DNA of 64,000 bases from Leidyana gryllorum EB-2025a. Lineage: Eukaryota > Protista > Apicomplexa. The stretch is from NCBI GenBank assembly GCA_048772705.1, contig JBLWGC010000224.1, positions 1-64,000 on the forward strand. Direction: 5' to 3'. Shown here one piece after another: positions 61,420 to 64,000 of this stretch; position 1 is the stretch's first letter, and every line of letters begins with the position of its first letter. Position numbers and translations under genes: made by a program. The notes below the pieces were generated by a model. That model was not told where the DNA came from, did not search any database, and saw only the letters and a program-made list of their open reading frames with translations.

Positions 61420-63228
61420 CTGTGTCACGTGCAGCAAGCCGAAAGCGCCTGAATAACGCAAAACCTTCCACACAGCAACTTGACCGACTACTACAGCATC
61501 TTCAAATCGAGCATATCCCTTCTTCCCTCAGCGGACGAACTGAACAGCAGAATCGCATTCACCAAGACGTAAAATCATCCATATCTCAGGCTGGAAAGGA
61601 AGGACATATATTGTGTGAGAGTCTCAACAGCTCAGCCCCTGCCTTTCAACACCATTATTCCTTGCAGACCTCTATGGTCAGCCTGGCACTGGCAAAACTG
61701 CCACTGTGCGCCACATATGTACCCACTTCACCGAGACTAAATCGACTATCCCTATCCATTATCATCAAATCAATGCCCTGACATTAACTTCTCCTGGCAG
61801 CCTCTTTGTTGCTATCTATCGGAGTGTGAGTTTGTCAGTGGAAGTTACGTGCGATATGTGTGTGTGTCCCTGATCACTTTCAGATCGTGTCCAGTGAGGG
61901 TTCGGTTGGTCGCGTGAAGCACCCAACGAGTATCGCTGGGTGCTTTGAAGCGTTAGAGCGACGGTTCAGGAGCGATAAACCACCCAAACATCACCAGTGA
62001 GCACCCCGCCTCGCCCCGCAACACGACTGCCACAGTATCATTGTCATTGACGAGTTCGACAACCTCTTGGCAGTGCGGCCAGGCAGGGAGACGAGGGACT
62101 TTCATGATAGACTCTACAGTTTGTTTGATTGGCCAGCCGCTGTCGGCGCTGGTCTCACATTGATTTGTATCGCAAATACCCTCTGTTTGCCTAAGTTTCT
62201 CCTTCCACGATGTTTCTCCCGACTTGGTGAGCCCTCATCCCCGTGACAGGACGGTCGGCTTTCATCATTTCAGGCTTCGGCCACATAAACTTTCCCACAT
62301 ATACCTTCGAAGAGCTAACTCAGATTGTGCGGGATCGTTTCGTCAACGCGAAGTGTCCTTTAGAATCTTGTATGGATGAGTAAGTCACCGAGACGTACAC
62401 AAAAGGACAAGTGACATCTCTGCCTGGTCAGAACTGCTCTGATCTTGTTGTGCCGAAAGGTGGCCGCCCTCTCGGGCGATGTGCGCTTGGCTTTGTCGCT
62501 GTGTCATGCTCTGGTGAAAGAAGCTACCGACGAAGGTCGGAAGGTGACGCCGAGCGATGTTACTCTTCGAACTAAGAGTTTGTTCAACTCGGTAAGCATG
62601 TTGCACTCAAGCCCGTGCCACCCGTGACCAGGCTATCGCCGAGTTTGCGGCAGAGCTACCCTTCCATACAACTTTGATCTTATTTTGCATTGTGCGCCTC
62701 TTCCTTCGAACTACGATACCTGATGACACCCTCGGGTTTGCTGTGAAGCTGCTGGAAATCCGTGAAGTCTTTTGCCAAACTTTGAGCTCGTAAGCAAGAC
62801 ATCGGGATTGCACACGTTTCCACACTCTTTGTGTAAACAGACTGAACCTCGAGGTCAATGATTCTCCATCGATCTGTATGGATGTGGAAACCCTTATGAT
62901 GGACAGTTTGGATGAACTCTGCACTTCTGGTGTTCTTCAATGGTCATATCATATGCCTATGCGGGTGGAGATAACAACCCGCAGTGGGCGAGCAGAAAGT
63001 CGAAGGCGAGCGGTTCGCAGATGCGATCAGCAGGGCTTGCAGCGATGGGGTCAATCCGCTGTAACGCTTATGATGTCGGTGAGCCCTTTTCTTTCAGCAT
63101 TATCAACAGCTCTGATCCCAGCCAGCAGAGTTGATAACTGGCATCGACAATGGGGGCCAATTGAAAGCACAGACAGTGCAAGTGTCGATGCGAGCCCTGA
63201 AAGAGCAACTCAGTATCGTCTGAGGTGA
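61416..63228 (+). CDS. ORC1/CDC6-family AAA+ replication initiator (no BAH domain), multi-exon; 3' end uncertain
   Basis: IPSSLSGRTEQ; after intron 61615-61667, Walker A YLYGQPGTGKT; Walker B IIVIDEFD; YSLFDWP, CIANT and SGDVRLAL. Confidence 0.85.
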
Positions 63229-63423
63229 CTCACTTCCCACACCGAGACGTTATCCCATTGACCGACCGACCGACCGACGACTCTTTAATGTTTTCATTGT
63301 TAGCTAGAAAGAACTCATATTGCTTGAGAGATGACCCGTTACACTATTGCTGGACAAAAGCGGTCCTCAGAAAAGACACGTGTTATCTCCTATCAGTAGG
63401 GGAGGTCAATAAGTACGGCTGTG

Positions 63424-64000
63424 ATGCCTGAGGAAGTACTATGTGCAGAGTTGAATAACGGGATGCTGATGCCCGCTGTGGGACTGGGCACTTGGCAGTT
63501 GCGGGCAACTCACGAGAGTACCCCAAAGATGGCGACGGAATGCCTGAAGGCTGGTTACTTCCTGATTGACACTGCTGAGGTTTATGGCAACCAACAAGCA
63601 CTTGGAGAGGGTATCAAAGCATTCCGTCCCGATGAACGGGAGAAATCAGAAGCCATCCGACTGGAAGGAATCGACAGATTTCGATGCGTTGATGTCCCAA
63701 GCTTTCTAACCAGTCTGAAGACCCCTCATGAAGATCGGGATTGCTTTGTCACTGGAAAGATATTCCCCCGCGGATACGTAAGTGGAAGAGTGGGTGTGCT
63801 CTCGACTTTGTGGATGATTGCAGCATCCCCCCGAAAAGATACGCGAGCAGGTGCAGAATTATCTGAGCCAGATTGGGCGGCAATCTGCTGACCTCATATT
63901 GATGCACTGGCCGGCCCAAATGACTTCATGGGCAACTCTGGAAGATATGACGAGTCCCAAGAACCACGAAATGAGACTGACTGTATGGCATACGCTCGAG
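63424..64000 (+). CDS. Aldo-keto reductase (runs off right edge)
   Basis: LNNGMLMPAVGLGTWQ, IDTAEVYGN, FVTGK and DLILMHWP. Confidence 0.9.

Noticed and set aside
61780-62900. ORF-poor gap suggesting an ncRNA or stop-codon reassignment
   Set aside because: It contains small ORC1/CDC6 exons (Walker B, YSLFDWP), and the in-frame stops examined fall in introns. There is no evidence for an alternative genetic code.

Overview
This is eukaryotic DNA, not bacterial. Genes are broken by short canonical GT-AG introns (mostly 35-60 nt), so the ORF track shows them as fragments. Manual splicing gives about 33 protein-coding genes that tile the window almost without gaps. An alveolin/IMC protein, a CEN2-type centrin, alternative oxidase, pyruvate decarboxylase and an integrin-beta-like mucin adhesin point (by inference) to a compact apicomplexan, most likely a gregarine. 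Recognisable genes include cathepsin C, Snu114/EFTUD2, WDR48, a MATH-BTB protein, PDC, DDX24/Mak5, an SNF5-like protein, WDR33/Pfs2, acyltransferase-3, a YaaU-like MFS transporter, a lipase, a FAR-acyltransferase fusion, a TOM1-like protein, a LysM-UBA protein, AOX, Pmp3, APC11, UXT, an HPC2/ubinuclein-like protein, eIF6, two centrins, ORC1/CDC6 and an aldo-keto reductase. The most striking feature is prokaryote-like packing. Co-oriented genes lie 13-33 nt apart, one pair shares an ATGA stop/start overlap, divergent start codons lie 16-54 nt apart around poly(dA:dT) tracts, and some convergent genes have overlapping stop codons. Other highlights are a FARAT-type ether-lipid fusion without PTS1, an alveolin fused to five unannotated W-x-x-D-x-x-G-x-V-x-G-H repeats, tandem genes sharing an unassigned C4 zinc-ribbon-like domain, and two adjacent intronless bacterial-like membrane genes. 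No rRNA, tRNA, CRISPR array or transposon was recognised. Gene models are hand-built and no database searches were run.
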